Shown here: positions 20,833 to 29,224 of the stretch, one piece after another
How positions within the stretch are numbered: position 1 is the first letter of the stretch
Layout of the letters: each line of letters starts with the position of its first letter
NCBI GenBank assembly: GCA_021811155.1
Contig: JAJZPO010000006.1
Span: 1-61,860, forward strand
Source: Bacillota bacterium
GTDB lineage: Bacteria; Bacillota; Desulfitobacteriia; Desulfitobacteriales; JAJXUE01
Direction of reading: 5' to 3'
DNA length: 61,860 bases
Notes under the pieces: model-generated
What the model was told of the DNA's origin: nothing
Databases searched by the model: none
The model's input: only the letters and a program-made list of their open reading frames with translations
Program-made: the position numbers and the translations under genes

Positions 20833-21651
20833 CTGGCAGTTCGGACAATAGACGCTGCTCCGGCCCCCTATGCGGAGCTTAGCCAGGGGCATGCCGCAGG
20901 TTACACACTCCAGTCCGCTTCTGCCGTATACCTTGAGGCTGAGCTGGTTCTGGCCCTGCCGGCCTTCCCCGTCCACGTAGTCCCGAAAGGAAGTTCCCTT
21001 GTTGGCTATCCCTTCTTCAAGCACATGCCGGATAGCCAGGTGAAGGCGCTTCAGCTCCTCCTGGGAAAGGGTACCGGCTTCACGGCCAGGGTGAATCCCG
21101 GCCAGGAACAGAGCCTCATCGGCGTAGATATTGCCCAGTCCCGCGAGTTTGCTCTGGTCAAGAATTAACGGCTTTATCCTGGCCTTTTTGTTGCGGGTTA
21201 TTTCCCCCAGGTACTCAGGCGAAAAACCTTCACTCAGGGGTTCGACACCCAGCTTGGCCAGCCCGGAATGTGCTTCAAGCGCCTCCGCCAGGACAATTTC
21301 CATCCCGCCAAAACGCCTGACGTCGGTAAAGCGGAGTTCATTCCCGTCGCTCAGCCTGAACACCACGTGGGTGTGTTTCGCCAGCGGCGCTTCCGGAGCG
21401 CAGTAAACCCATCTTCCGGTCATCCTCAGATGCACCACCAGGCGTATGCCTTTTTCCAGTACGGCAACCAGGTACTTGCCGCGCCGCTCAAAATCCAGGA
21501 ATTTCAACCCTTGCAGGGCTGAGGCAAAATCTGCAAACGCCCCGGCCCTGGCTACCTGGGGAGTATGCACTGTGACCTCAATTATGGTCAGACCCTTCGC
21601 TTTCTTCTCAAGCGACTGTCTGACCGTTTCCACCTCGGGAAGCTCAGGCAT
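20821..21651 (-). CDS. mutM: Formamidopyrimidine-DNA glycosylase
   Basis: MPELPEVE N-terminus, HLRMTG, GLGNIYADE, C4 zinc finger. Confidence 0.97.
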   Translation of the reverse strand: MPELPEVETVRQSLEKKAKGLTIIEVTVHTPQVARAGAFADFASALQGLKFLDFERRGKYLVAVLEKGIRLVVHLRMTGRWVYCAPEAPLAKHTHVVFRLSDGNELRFTDVRRFGGMEIVLAEALEAHSGLAKLGVEPLSEGFSPEYLGEITRNKKARIKPLILDQSKLAGLGNIYADEALFLAGIHPGREAGTLSQEELKRLHLAIRHVLEEGIANKGTSFRDYVDGEGRQGQNQLSLKVYGRSGLECVTCGMPLAKLRIGGRSSVYCPNCQGGS

Positions 21652-21800
21652 GATGTCAATTCTCCTCTGTATTAGCAAATCCTGCCGAATCTTGACTTGT
21701 CACTTTCTTTCGATGTTGCAGGACAGACCCCCATGCTGGATTCAGCACCAGCAGCGGATGAAAATGAATCCGTCTTGGGTTTTGAGCAATCACTGCTACA

Positions 21801-21874
21801 GTCATTCTGAGGCGGAGCCGAAGAATCTTGGATCTGCCATTTGGGTCAAGATCCTTCGCTTTGCTCAGGATGAC
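21801..21874. repeat. REP-like palindromic element (GTCATTCTGAG...CTCAGGATGAC family)
   Basis: GTCATTCTGAG-gcggagc-CGAAGAATCTTG...CAAGATCCTTCG-ctttg-CTCAGGATGAC nested inverted repeat. Confidence 0.75.
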
Positions 21875-21910
21875 AGTGGGTAGGCAACTTATTTTCAGGG
21901 TAGGGTAGAA

Positions 21911-21950
21911 CTCAGAATTCTGACTCCTGACTCCTGACTACTGACTACTG
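21911..21950. repeat. Heptamer tandem repeats
   Basis: ctcagaa ttctgac tcctgac tcctgac tactgac tactg. Confidence 0.7.
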
Positions 21951-22001
21951 CTTTAAGTCTATTTTACCAGAAAAGAAGCAAATGCTATACCGGATGAAGA
22001 T

Positions 22002-22036
22002 ACTTTGAGCCGCAACCTTCTTTGTTACGGCTCAAA
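22002..22036 (-). terminator. Hairpin downstream of the VWA operon
   Basis: TTTGAGCCGcAAC-cttcttt-GTTaCGGCTCAAA. Confidence 0.55.
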
Positions 22037-22101
22037 TTCCCTGATAGCGTTATTGCAGTTTGCATCCTTCTCGGATTAGAGCACTCATGCCGTTCACGGG
22101 A

Positions 22102-24987
22102 CTAGTTCCGGCCTGAGCGCTTTTTGGCTGCCAGGAGCCGGGCAGTGAAGTCTTTCCCCTCGTTTTCACTCGCCTCGGATTGCAATTTTTCTTTTGACCG
22201 TTCTCTCGCTTCAGCGGTGTCCACCGGCTTGAAACTGTTTGACTTTCCTGCCGCAGCGGTACGCGCCGGTTCAGCCGGTTCGGATCCTGGGGAGGTTTCT
22301 TGTTTCACCCGCCCCTGGTAAAACTGCTCCCGGGCCAGTTTCCTTTCCTGCATGGACTCCACCAGAGCTCCCGGCGCATGTTCAACCCGCCTGGCCCGCT
22401 GCGACAGCCTGTTTTTGAGGCGCAGCCAAAGGGTAGACTTTAAGTTCAGATTGAACCTGCGCGCGGCAATATCCAGCGGCAGGAGCAGGGTTGCCAGTGC
22501 CAGAGCCCAGGGTGAGAGCGGAACCCTGCCGGTAACAGCGGGCACGGCAAGCTTCCCCACCAAGTCCGCTCCGCCGCCGGGCTGAAGCACCTGCCCCCCG
22601 CCCGCTGACGCAAGCTGCTGCAAGAATTCTCTTTGGTCCGGCTGGATCTGATACTCGGGCGAATACGGCTGTACCAGGCCGGTGGTTTGCTCTCTGACCA
22701 CCTGATCCCCCGAGCGTTCTATGACCTGGACCATGTAGGTTCCCTGCTGCTCCATGGGGAAGCCGGCCTGGTAACGCCCAGGGCCTTGGGCCGGCAGGGC
22801 TGATTCCACAGCGCTCCCGTCCGGAGCTATAATCCTCGCCTGCAGGTCATGTGCCGCTCGGCGTTCGCCCGGCATCTCGACGGTGATCTTGCCCTCTCCA
22901 CCGTCACGGGAGGCAGACAGGATCATGCCGTTGTCCTGTTCCTGGGGCAGGGTCCAGGATATCACCTTGCCCCAGAATTGGGCAAAGCCGCTCCAGTTGA
23001 GCCACTGTCCGGCCCAGCGTCCCTTGGCATCACTGGTCCAGGCCGCGGCCCGGCCCAAGCCGTAGCTCCAGCGAGCCAGCACAGGATCATCCTTGGGGCT
23101 CGCAAGGATTACTTCGGCTGTGTCTTTAGCTGTCGTGCCTACGTAGCCGAGTAAAGGGGGCATGCCCCGGTTGGCCGGCAGCATTGATGGGCTCCCGGTC
23201 AGGGCGGGAGTGAAAGGTTCCTGTACGATGTAACTGCGGCTGGCCAAAAAGGTTTCCTTGGCGAAGATTTTCGGAATGGTAGAGATGTCGTCGGTGTAAT
23301 AATACCTGCCTTTGCCTGCCTCAGCCAGGCGTTTCAAGAGTCCTGTGTCCGAATCACTGCCCAAAGCGACCGTAGTAAGTGTGATTTTGGCTTCATTGAG
23401 CTTTCCTACCAGTTCATCGTAGTTCCCACCTGACTGGGAAACACCGTCCGAGAGCAGGATAATGTGCTTCACCTTGACCTTGGCGTCTTTCAGGGAATTA
23501 TAGGCCGCCTCCAGTGCGGGAAACAGGTTGGTCCCGCCGCTTGGTTCAATTGAAGCAATTTTGTCCTGGACCTCCTGCTTGTTATTTAGCGGCGCAGTTT
23601 TCACCACCCATTTATATTCGCTGTCAAAAGTGATTACCCCCAACTGGTCTTTGGCTGTGAGAATTTCCGTAGACCTGATGGCGGCTTCCTTGGCCATGTC
23701 TATCTTGCGCACCCCATTCATCGTGTGGCACATGCTGCCTGACTTGTCCAGCACTATTTCCAGCCCGATGCTCGGGATTTCCCCGTTCTTGCGGATATCC
23801 ATGTGTACCGGTAATGCCCTCTCCACAGGGGTGTTAAAGTAGCCGCCCGGGCCGAAGCTGTCCTCCCCGCCAACCATAACCAGTCCCCGGCCCAGGTCCT
23901 TAATGTAGTTTTCCAGCGCTGTCATGGTTTGCTCCGGCAAGCGCGTGGCCGGAACGTTTACCAGGACTACACCCGCGTACCGGGCCAGGCCGGGCAAGTC
24001 CTTCGGCATGCCCTCCGGCGCTGTGGTGTCGGCCTGCATCTTCACCGCTGTCAGGGCCTCTTGCAGCGCTTTAGCCTCTCCAGGCGCTCCCTCCACCAGA
24101 AGGACGCGCGGCGCCCCGCTAACCTCGGTTAGGGCCATCCCCACGTTGTTTTCAACCCTGGTATCCTCTGCTGCGGTAATCTCCAGGCGGTAGGTATAGA
24201 AACCGGGACCTTCAGCCCCTGCGCCCCAGACAAGCTTGTTGGAGCCCTTGGAAAGCTGAACCTTCTCCTGCCGCAGCACCTTGTTTCCCACCATGATCCG
24301 GGCCGTGCCGCTGGTCGGAACCGTGCTTTCCAGCGCAGCCTGGATGTTAAACTCTTCCCCTTCCTTCAGGTGCGCAGGAACACCTAAATCTTTGACGGCA
24401 ACTTCCGGCCCTGATTCGGACAGGAGCGGTTCCACGTCAACCCTTACCCCCTGCCGCTGCAGGCCTGCAGCAGCCTCCAGGGCATCCCCCCTGTTCTGTT
24501 TCCCGTCTGTAAGGAGCACAATCTGCTTAGCCTGGTCTTCCGGCAGCATTGAGCCGGCCAGGCGCAGGCCGGAGGCCAGATCGGTGTAATTTTTGTCCAC
24601 CACCGCCTGCAGGCCGGTAAAATCCGACCGGTATCCGACCGGATACTCAGCCACAGGTTTCTTGCCCAGGCTCACCACCCCTGCCTTGACATCCTGGGGC
24701 AGAGCGGCCAGGGAATGCGCAATCCAATCCTGAGCCTCCTTTTTCTGGTCCAGGACCGAGGCCGAGAGGTCGGCGACGTAGACTACGTTTCTGTCCTTGT
24801 GTTTGAAGGTGAACTGCACTCCGGCCAATGCCAGTACCAGGAGCACGACAATGAGCAGCCGCAGACCCAGAAAAAGCTTCTGCTGCCAGGCCCGGAAAGC
24901 CTTGGCGCTGCGGAGCCACAGGTATACGTAATATATCGCCAGGAGGAGCAGGAGCAAATACCAGGGCCGGGAAAAACTAATGCCCAC
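22102..24987 (-). CDS. Membrane-anchored double-VWA protein with class I GATase-like domain
   Basis: BatA-like N-terminal TMs, MIDAS motifs ADLSASV and LDKSGSM, LLTDG/LLSDG, GLVMVGGEDSFGPGGY, C-terminal TM PWALALATLLLPLDIAARR. Confidence 0.85.
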   Translation of the reverse strand: MGISFSRPWYLLLLLLAIYYVYLWLRSAKAFRAWQQKLFLGLRLLIVVLLVLALAGVQFTFKHKDRNVVYVADLSASVLDQKKEAQDWIAHSLAALPQDVKAGVVSLGKKPVAEYPVGYRSDFTGLQAVVDKNYTDLASGLRLAGSMLPEDQAKQIVLLTDGKQNRGDALEAAAGLQRQGVRVDVEPLLSESGPEVAVKDLGVPAHLKEGEEFNIQAALESTVPTSGTARIMVGNKVLRQEKVQLSKGSNKLVWGAGAEGPGFYTYRLEITAAEDTRVENNVGMALTEVSGAPRVLLVEGAPGEAKALQEALTAVKMQADTTAPEGMPKDLPGLARYAGVVLVNVPATRLPEQTMTALENYIKDLGRGLVMVGGEDSFGPGGYFNTPVERALPVHMDIRKNGEIPSIGLEIVLDKSGSMCHTMNGVRKIDMAKEAAIRSTEILTAKDQLGVITFDSEYKWVVKTAPLNNKQEVQDKIASIEPSGGTNLFPALEAAYNSLKDAKVKVKHIILLSDGVSQSGGNYDELVGKLNEAKITLTTVALGSDSDTGLLKRLAEAGKGRYYYTDDISTIPKIFAKETFLASRSYIVQEPFTPALTGSPSMLPANRGMPPLLGYVGTTAKDTAEVILASPKDDPVLARWSYGLGRAAAWTSDAKGRWAGQWLNWSGFAQFWGKVISWTLPQEQDNGMILSASRDGGEGKITVEMPGERRAAHDLQARIIAPDGSAVESALPAQGPGRYQAGFPMEQQGTYMVQVIERSGDQVVREQTTGLVQPYSPEYQIQPDQREFLQQLASAGGGQVLQPGGGADLVGKLAVPAVTGRVPLSPWALALATLLLPLDIAARRFNLNLKSTLWLRLKNRLSQRARRVEHAPGALVESMQERKLAREQFYQGRVKQETSPGSEPAEPARTAAAGKSNSFKPVDTAEARERSKEKLQSEASENEGKDFTARLLAAKKRSGRN

Positions 24988-26788
24988 GCAGATACACCCA
25001 CCATTCTACAGACATGACGGCCAGCGCCGCCAGGGCCAGCCAGGGCCAGAATTCTTGCGGCACTTTGGCCGGGGCTCCGGCCGCCACATCTTTTAGACCC
25101 AACTTGACCTGGGCCGCGGGTTTAACCTGGGACTCCTGGACCGGTGCGAAATTCACCGCCAGATAATCCTCCCGCTTCTGGCCGTTAATGACCTGTTCCA
25201 ATCTGTACAGCCCGGGCTCCCCCACTTCCAGCTTTTGCTGAGAAGGGGCCAGGGCCGTCCTGTTCTGATCAGGATTGTATAGATTAGCCGCCTGGGCATC
25301 GGGTGAAATGTTCAGCCCAACAGTTCCCCCTGACTCTGCCTGGGTGTCCCGCAGGCCCCCGGGCGGGAGAATCCAGGATACCAGATTCTGCATCAGAATG
25401 GGGAAAGCAGGCCTTAGCGGCAGATCCGACATGTGCAAATCAAACCCCAAAACCCCTGCCCGGACCTGTCCCAGGGTCCCAGCCGCAGCCAGGGTCCTGC
25501 TGCCGTCCCTCAACAAGCTTTGCCAGCCTGCGGGCATCTTCAGGCCTTTGCTTTTGGCCACATGCACATCAGCCCACGAGACACCGCGCAGCAAGGGCTG
25601 ATCTGGGGCAGGATCCAGTTTTTCCACCATGCCCTCGGCCTTTTCCACAAATGGGCTGTCCGAAGGCGGATTAATAACCAGGAGCTGGCCTGACGGCTGC
25701 TGGCCGGGCCAGAACCCGTCCAGCACGTACAGGTCAAACCGCTCCTTAACCTCCCCGTAAGCTCCTGTGGCGACCTTATGCACGTCCAGCATAGGGTTCA
25801 GCTTCAGCGCCTGTTCCAGGAAAATGTTGCCCTGGGTAACCAGCAGGACTTTAGCCTGTCTAGCCTGGCGGGAGATAAGCCAGGCGCTGTTGTCTGAAGC
25901 CAGGGCGTCAGTTGCATCCAGCCTGGCCTCCAGGTAGGATGCGCCCTGAGGCACATTCCAGAAAAGGTAGGCCGGCTTGCCAGGGGAAACCCTTACGGGC
26001 TGGGCATCTAGAAGTCTGCCGTCTCCAAGCAGCCTGACCGTACCTTCACCTTCTTTTGACCCATAATTATCAATCCTGGTCAAGGCCAAGGGTTGCCCGG
26101 ACCCTTCCTGCATGGAAAAAGCGCCGATAGCCAGATTGTCCTGCCGCTCACCCACCCGGCGGTATTCGAAGTGTTCCAGCCCTACCGCACCCTCAGGCGT
26201 ATCCACACCTCCGTCGCTGAAGAAAAGGACCTGGGTTGCAGTGCCTTTTTCCTGCAAAGCCGCAGCCAAGGAGAGTGCGGTCTCCAGATTTGCCCGGTAA
26301 TACCCGGTCTGCAGGGTTTTTAGCTTGTTAAGGACTTCTTTGACGTCTGTGGTCCGGTTCGCCAGGACCCGGGGCGAAGGTCCGACCCCTATCAGGGAAA
26401 AGCGGGTCTTCCCTTTGCTTTCCTTAATCAGCTTTTCGACTTCGGCCTTGGCCAAATCCAGCCTGCTTCCTCCTGCCTCACTCACAGCCATGCTGGCGGA
26501 GGTGTCCACCAGGATGATAACATCGCTGCCGCCCTGCCTGTTGGCCAGAACGTAAGGCCGTAAAAGAGCGAACACCAACAACAGCGCCAGAAGGAGCTGG
26601 AGCAGGAGCAAAAGGCTTTTGCGCAGCTTCTGCCAGGGGGTCTCTGCCACCGTGTCCGCCAGCACTTTCTGCCAGAGCATGGTGCTGGACACCGGCAGCT
26701 GCTCCCTCTTTTGCTTCAGAAGGTAGAAGATAATGATGACAGGGATAAGCAGCAGAAAAAACAAGCCTGCCGGAGCAAGAAACTGCAT
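24977..26788 (-). CDS. BatA-domain VWA membrane protein
   Basis: MQFLAP..L N-terminus, VSSTMLW, Leu-rich TM ending ALLRP, MIDAS VDTSASM, FFSDG, C-terminal TM ending VEWWV; ATG 26788 after AGGGGGG. Confidence 0.85.
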   Translation of the reverse strand: MQFLAPAGLFFLLLIPVIIIFYLLKQKREQLPVSSTMLWQKVLADTVAETPWQKLRKSLLLLLQLLLALLLVFALLRPYVLANRQGGSDVIILVDTSASMAVSEAGGSRLDLAKAEVEKLIKESKGKTRFSLIGVGPSPRVLANRTTDVKEVLNKLKTLQTGYYRANLETALSLAAALQEKGTATQVLFFSDGGVDTPEGAVGLEHFEYRRVGERQDNLAIGAFSMQEGSGQPLALTRIDNYGSKEGEGTVRLLGDGRLLDAQPVRVSPGKPAYLFWNVPQGASYLEARLDATDALASDNSAWLISRQARQAKVLLVTQGNIFLEQALKLNPMLDVHKVATGAYGEVKERFDLYVLDGFWPGQQPSGQLLVINPPSDSPFVEKAEGMVEKLDPAPDQPLLRGVSWADVHVAKSKGLKMPAGWQSLLRDGSRTLAAAGTLGQVRAGVLGFDLHMSDLPLRPAFPILMQNLVSWILPPGGLRDTQAESGGTVGLNISPDAQAANLYNPDQNRTALAPSQQKLEVGEPGLYRLEQVINGQKREDYLAVNFAPVQESQVKPAAQVKLGLKDVAAGAPAKVPQEFWPWLALAALAVMSVEWWVYLRGH

Positions 26789-26808
26789 GGCTTTCCCCCC
26801 TTTCTCAA

Positions 26809-26932
26809 CTTCGAGGTTCGATGTTCGATGCACGATATTCGAAAGCATGCGTTTCTTCCACCAACATGCTCATGTGCATGTTCTGTAAATTATGACATTG
26901 TTCGAACCTCGAACTTCGAACTTCGAACCTCG
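26809..26932. repeat. Inverted arrays of TTCGAAC/GTTCGAT heptamers
   Basis: cttcgag gttcgat gttcgat gcacgat attcgaa ... ttcgaac ctcgaac ttcgaac ttcgaac ctcg. Confidence 0.7.
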
Positions 26933-27107
26933 TTAAGGACGGCGGGCGGACCGGTAACGCAGCTAGACGAAGTTTTTCAACGACCAGGTCGTTCAAAAAC
27001 GAGTATAGCAAGGAACCGGGGCGTCCGCCGCCGGAAGCGTACATAGACGTACGGTGAGGACGGCGGGCGGACCGGTGACGCAGCTAGACGAAGTTTTTCA
27101 ACGACCT
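26932..27107. repeat. Structured palindromic element copy B (26986-27107) preceded by a duplicated 3' half (26932-26985)
   Basis: Terminal IR AGGTCGTTcAAAAAC / GTTTTTcAACGACCT; direct repeat of GGACGGCGGGCGGACCGGTRACGCAGCTAGACGAAGTTTTTCAACGACC. Confidence 0.8.
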
Positions 27108-27988
27108 CATGTCAGTACGGCGAGAGTGCGGAGGGAGCGGAGTATGATCTCCTCCAGTTCCTCCTCGCTGCTGATCAGGTGGTAGGTGATTTCCCGCGCG
27201 GCGCAGAACTGGCTGAGGCCGTGTAAAAACTCCTCGGTCCGCTTGCGGTAAGCCTGCAAGAGGAGCGGGGTAACGCTTACTTCCTTGACAGTATTGGTCT
27301 CGCAGTCCACCAGTTCGAAATTGCCCAAAAGGTCCGGTTCCCGTTCTTCCGGTTCAAGTATCTGCAGCACCACCACCTGCTGGCCCAGATGCTGCAGGTA
27401 CTTGAGTCCTTCCGTGTATCCGCCCGGGCTCAGCATGTCTGAAATCAGGATCGTAATCCCCGGCCCTTTGATAAACTTCCCGGTCCGCATCAGGGCGGTA
27501 TTCAGGTCCGTGTCTTCCCCGGCCTCAAGTTCCTGCAGGAACCCCCACAGCCTGCTTATCCCTCCCCGGCCGCGCTGGGCAGGCAGGAAGCGGGCCATTC
27601 CCCGGTCAAGCGAGGCGGCGCCGGCCTGTTCGCTGTTGACCAGGGCCAGATAGCCGAGAGCCCCGGCTATCTCTTTCGCCAGTTTAAGCTTCCTGCCCTC
27701 CTTCCAGCCCATAGAAGCGCTGGTATCCACGAGCAGATAGATCAGAAGGTCGTTTTCTTCCATAAACAGCTTGATAAACAGCCGTTCAAGCCTGGCATAG
27801 GCGTGCCAGTCCACCTGCCGCCAGTCATCCCCGGCGGTGTAAGCCCGGTAGTCTGCAAACTCCACAGACTGGCCCTTGCGCGGCGAGCGGTGCTGGCCGC
27901 TGTAGCGTCCGGCCCGAGCCTTTTTTACCAGGAAGGCCATATTCTCCAGTTTTCTTAGGAATTCCGGCTCGAACAACAGGTTGTCCAC
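27107..27988 (-). CDS. DUF58 family VWA-like protein
   Basis: GQSVEFADYRAYTAGDDWRQVDW, VDTSASM, ILISD. Confidence 0.92.
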   Translation of the reverse strand: MDNLLFEPEFLRKLENMAFLVKKARAGRYSGQHRSPRKGQSVEFADYRAYTAGDDWRQVDWHAYARLERLFIKLFMEENDLLIYLLVDTSASMGWKEGRKLKLAKEIAGALGYLALVNSEQAGAASLDRGMARFLPAQRGRGGISRLWGFLQELEAGEDTDLNTALMRTGKFIKGPGITILISDMLSPGGYTEGLKYLQHLGQQVVVLQILEPEEREPDLLGNFELVDCETNTVKEVSVTPLLLQAYRKRTEEFLHGLSQFCAAREITYHLISSEEELEEIILRSLRTLAVLT

Positions 27989-28990
27989 CTATTTTACCCC
28001 TTTGGTTTTGGGTACTGTTTCCAGGAGTTCTTTGATCAAGGCATCGGTGCTTACACCTTCAGCCTCAGCTTCAAAATTGATGAAAAAGCGGTGGCGCAGA
28101 GCAGGCAGGGCCACTGCGTCTACATCCTCAAAAGCAACGTTGAAACGCCCGTCCATGAGGGCCCGAATCCGCGCAGTGGTCAGGATTGCCTGAGCGCCCC
28201 TGGGACTGGCCCCGTAGCGAACATATTTTTTGATTCTTTCCGGCGCTTGGGCTTGTTCCGGATGGGTAGCGAGAAGGAGACGGACAATATAATCAGCTAC
28301 ATGGTCGGCCACGGGCACCTGCCTGGCTGAGTTGATCAGGTTCAACAGCCCGTCCCCTTCCACCACCTGCAGAACACTGTCAGCCTGTTCCCCGGTGGTC
28401 GAGGTCAAAATCTGTTTCAGTTCCCCCTCTGAGGGAAACGAGACCATTATCTTGAACAAAAAGCGGTCAAGCTGAGCTTCTGGCAAAGGATAGGTCCCTT
28501 CCATTTCCAGGGGGTTTTGCGTAGCGAGCACAAAGAAAGGCTTGGGCAGGGGCCGTGTCACCCCGGCGACTGAGACCGTTCGCTCCTGCATGGCTTCCAA
28601 CAATGCGCTCTGGGTTTTCGGGGTCGCCCGGTTGATTTCATCCGCCAGGACCAGGTTGGCAAACACCGCTCCCGGCTGAAACTGAAAGCCTCTTTCCCCG
28701 CGCGTCTCCGTCATGATATTCGTACCCATAATATCCGCCGGCATCAGGTCTGGAGTGAACTGAATGCGGGCAAACTTCAGTCCCAGGACCTGGCCCAGGG
28801 TCCGGACCAGGAGCGTTTTGCCCAGGCCGGGCACCCCTTCCAGCAGCGCATGGCCTCCGGCCACCAGGCAGAGCAGGACCTGCCTGATTACATCCTGCTG
28901 GCCAATCATCACCTTGGCAACTTCCCGCTCAATGCCCCGGACCTGCTCCACCACCGCAGATATTTGGTTCTCTTCAATCTCAGGGGTCAA
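27989..28990 (-). CDS. MoxR-family AAA+ ATPase
   Basis: LLEGVPGLGKT, RIQFTPDLMPADI, LADEINRATPKTQSALLEAMQE, ATQNPLEMEGTYPLPEAQLDRF. Confidence 0.96.
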   Translation of the reverse strand: MTPEIEENQISAVVEQVRGIEREVAKVMIGQQDVIRQVLLCLVAGGHALLEGVPGLGKTLLVRTLGQVLGLKFARIQFTPDLMPADIMGTNIMTETRGERGFQFQPGAVFANLVLADEINRATPKTQSALLEAMQERTVSVAGVTRPLPKPFFVLATQNPLEMEGTYPLPEAQLDRFLFKIMVSFPSEGELKQILTSTTGEQADSVLQVVEGDGLLNLINSARQVPVADHVADYIVRLLLATHPEQAQAPERIKKYVRYGASPRGAQAILTTARIRALMDGRFNVAFEDVDAVALPALRHRFFINFEAEAEGVSTDALIKELLETVPKTKGVK

Positions 28991-29035
28991 ACCAAATCAC
29001 TCCTAACCTGGATAATTATGCTCCTCAAACGTTAG

Positions 29036-29219
29036 TAGGATGACGGGGACGGTTCTAAACGTCCTAGCGAAAAAAGTCGCTTCGTGGCTGCTGTATTTGT
29101 GTAGCACCTATTCTTATCTATTTAAGGGCAAGGTTTTGGCCCTGAAACGCCGCTGGACAGAGGCCCGCTAAGATTCGGCAAAATTTGCTAGGACGTCAAG
29201 AACCGTCCCCAATGTCCTA
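29036..29219. mobile_element. REPIN/MITE-like non-autonomous element with ~35-bp terminal inverted repeats
   Basis: Left arm TAGGAtgacGGGGACGGTTCTaaACGTCCTAGC; right arm reverse complement TAGGAcattGGGGACGGTTCTtgACGTCCTAGC; no ORF inside. Confidence 0.65.
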
Positions 29220-29224
29220 GTGAC

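Noticed and set aside
20695-21168. 157-aa plus-strand ORF starting near the palindromic element
   Set aside because: Made of the repeat plus the antisense of mutM; no RBS or domain evidence
26932-27107. Direct repeat of about 50 bp as a possible CRISPR array
   Set aside because: Only two copies, the intervening DNA is the other half of a palindrome, and no cas genes are present
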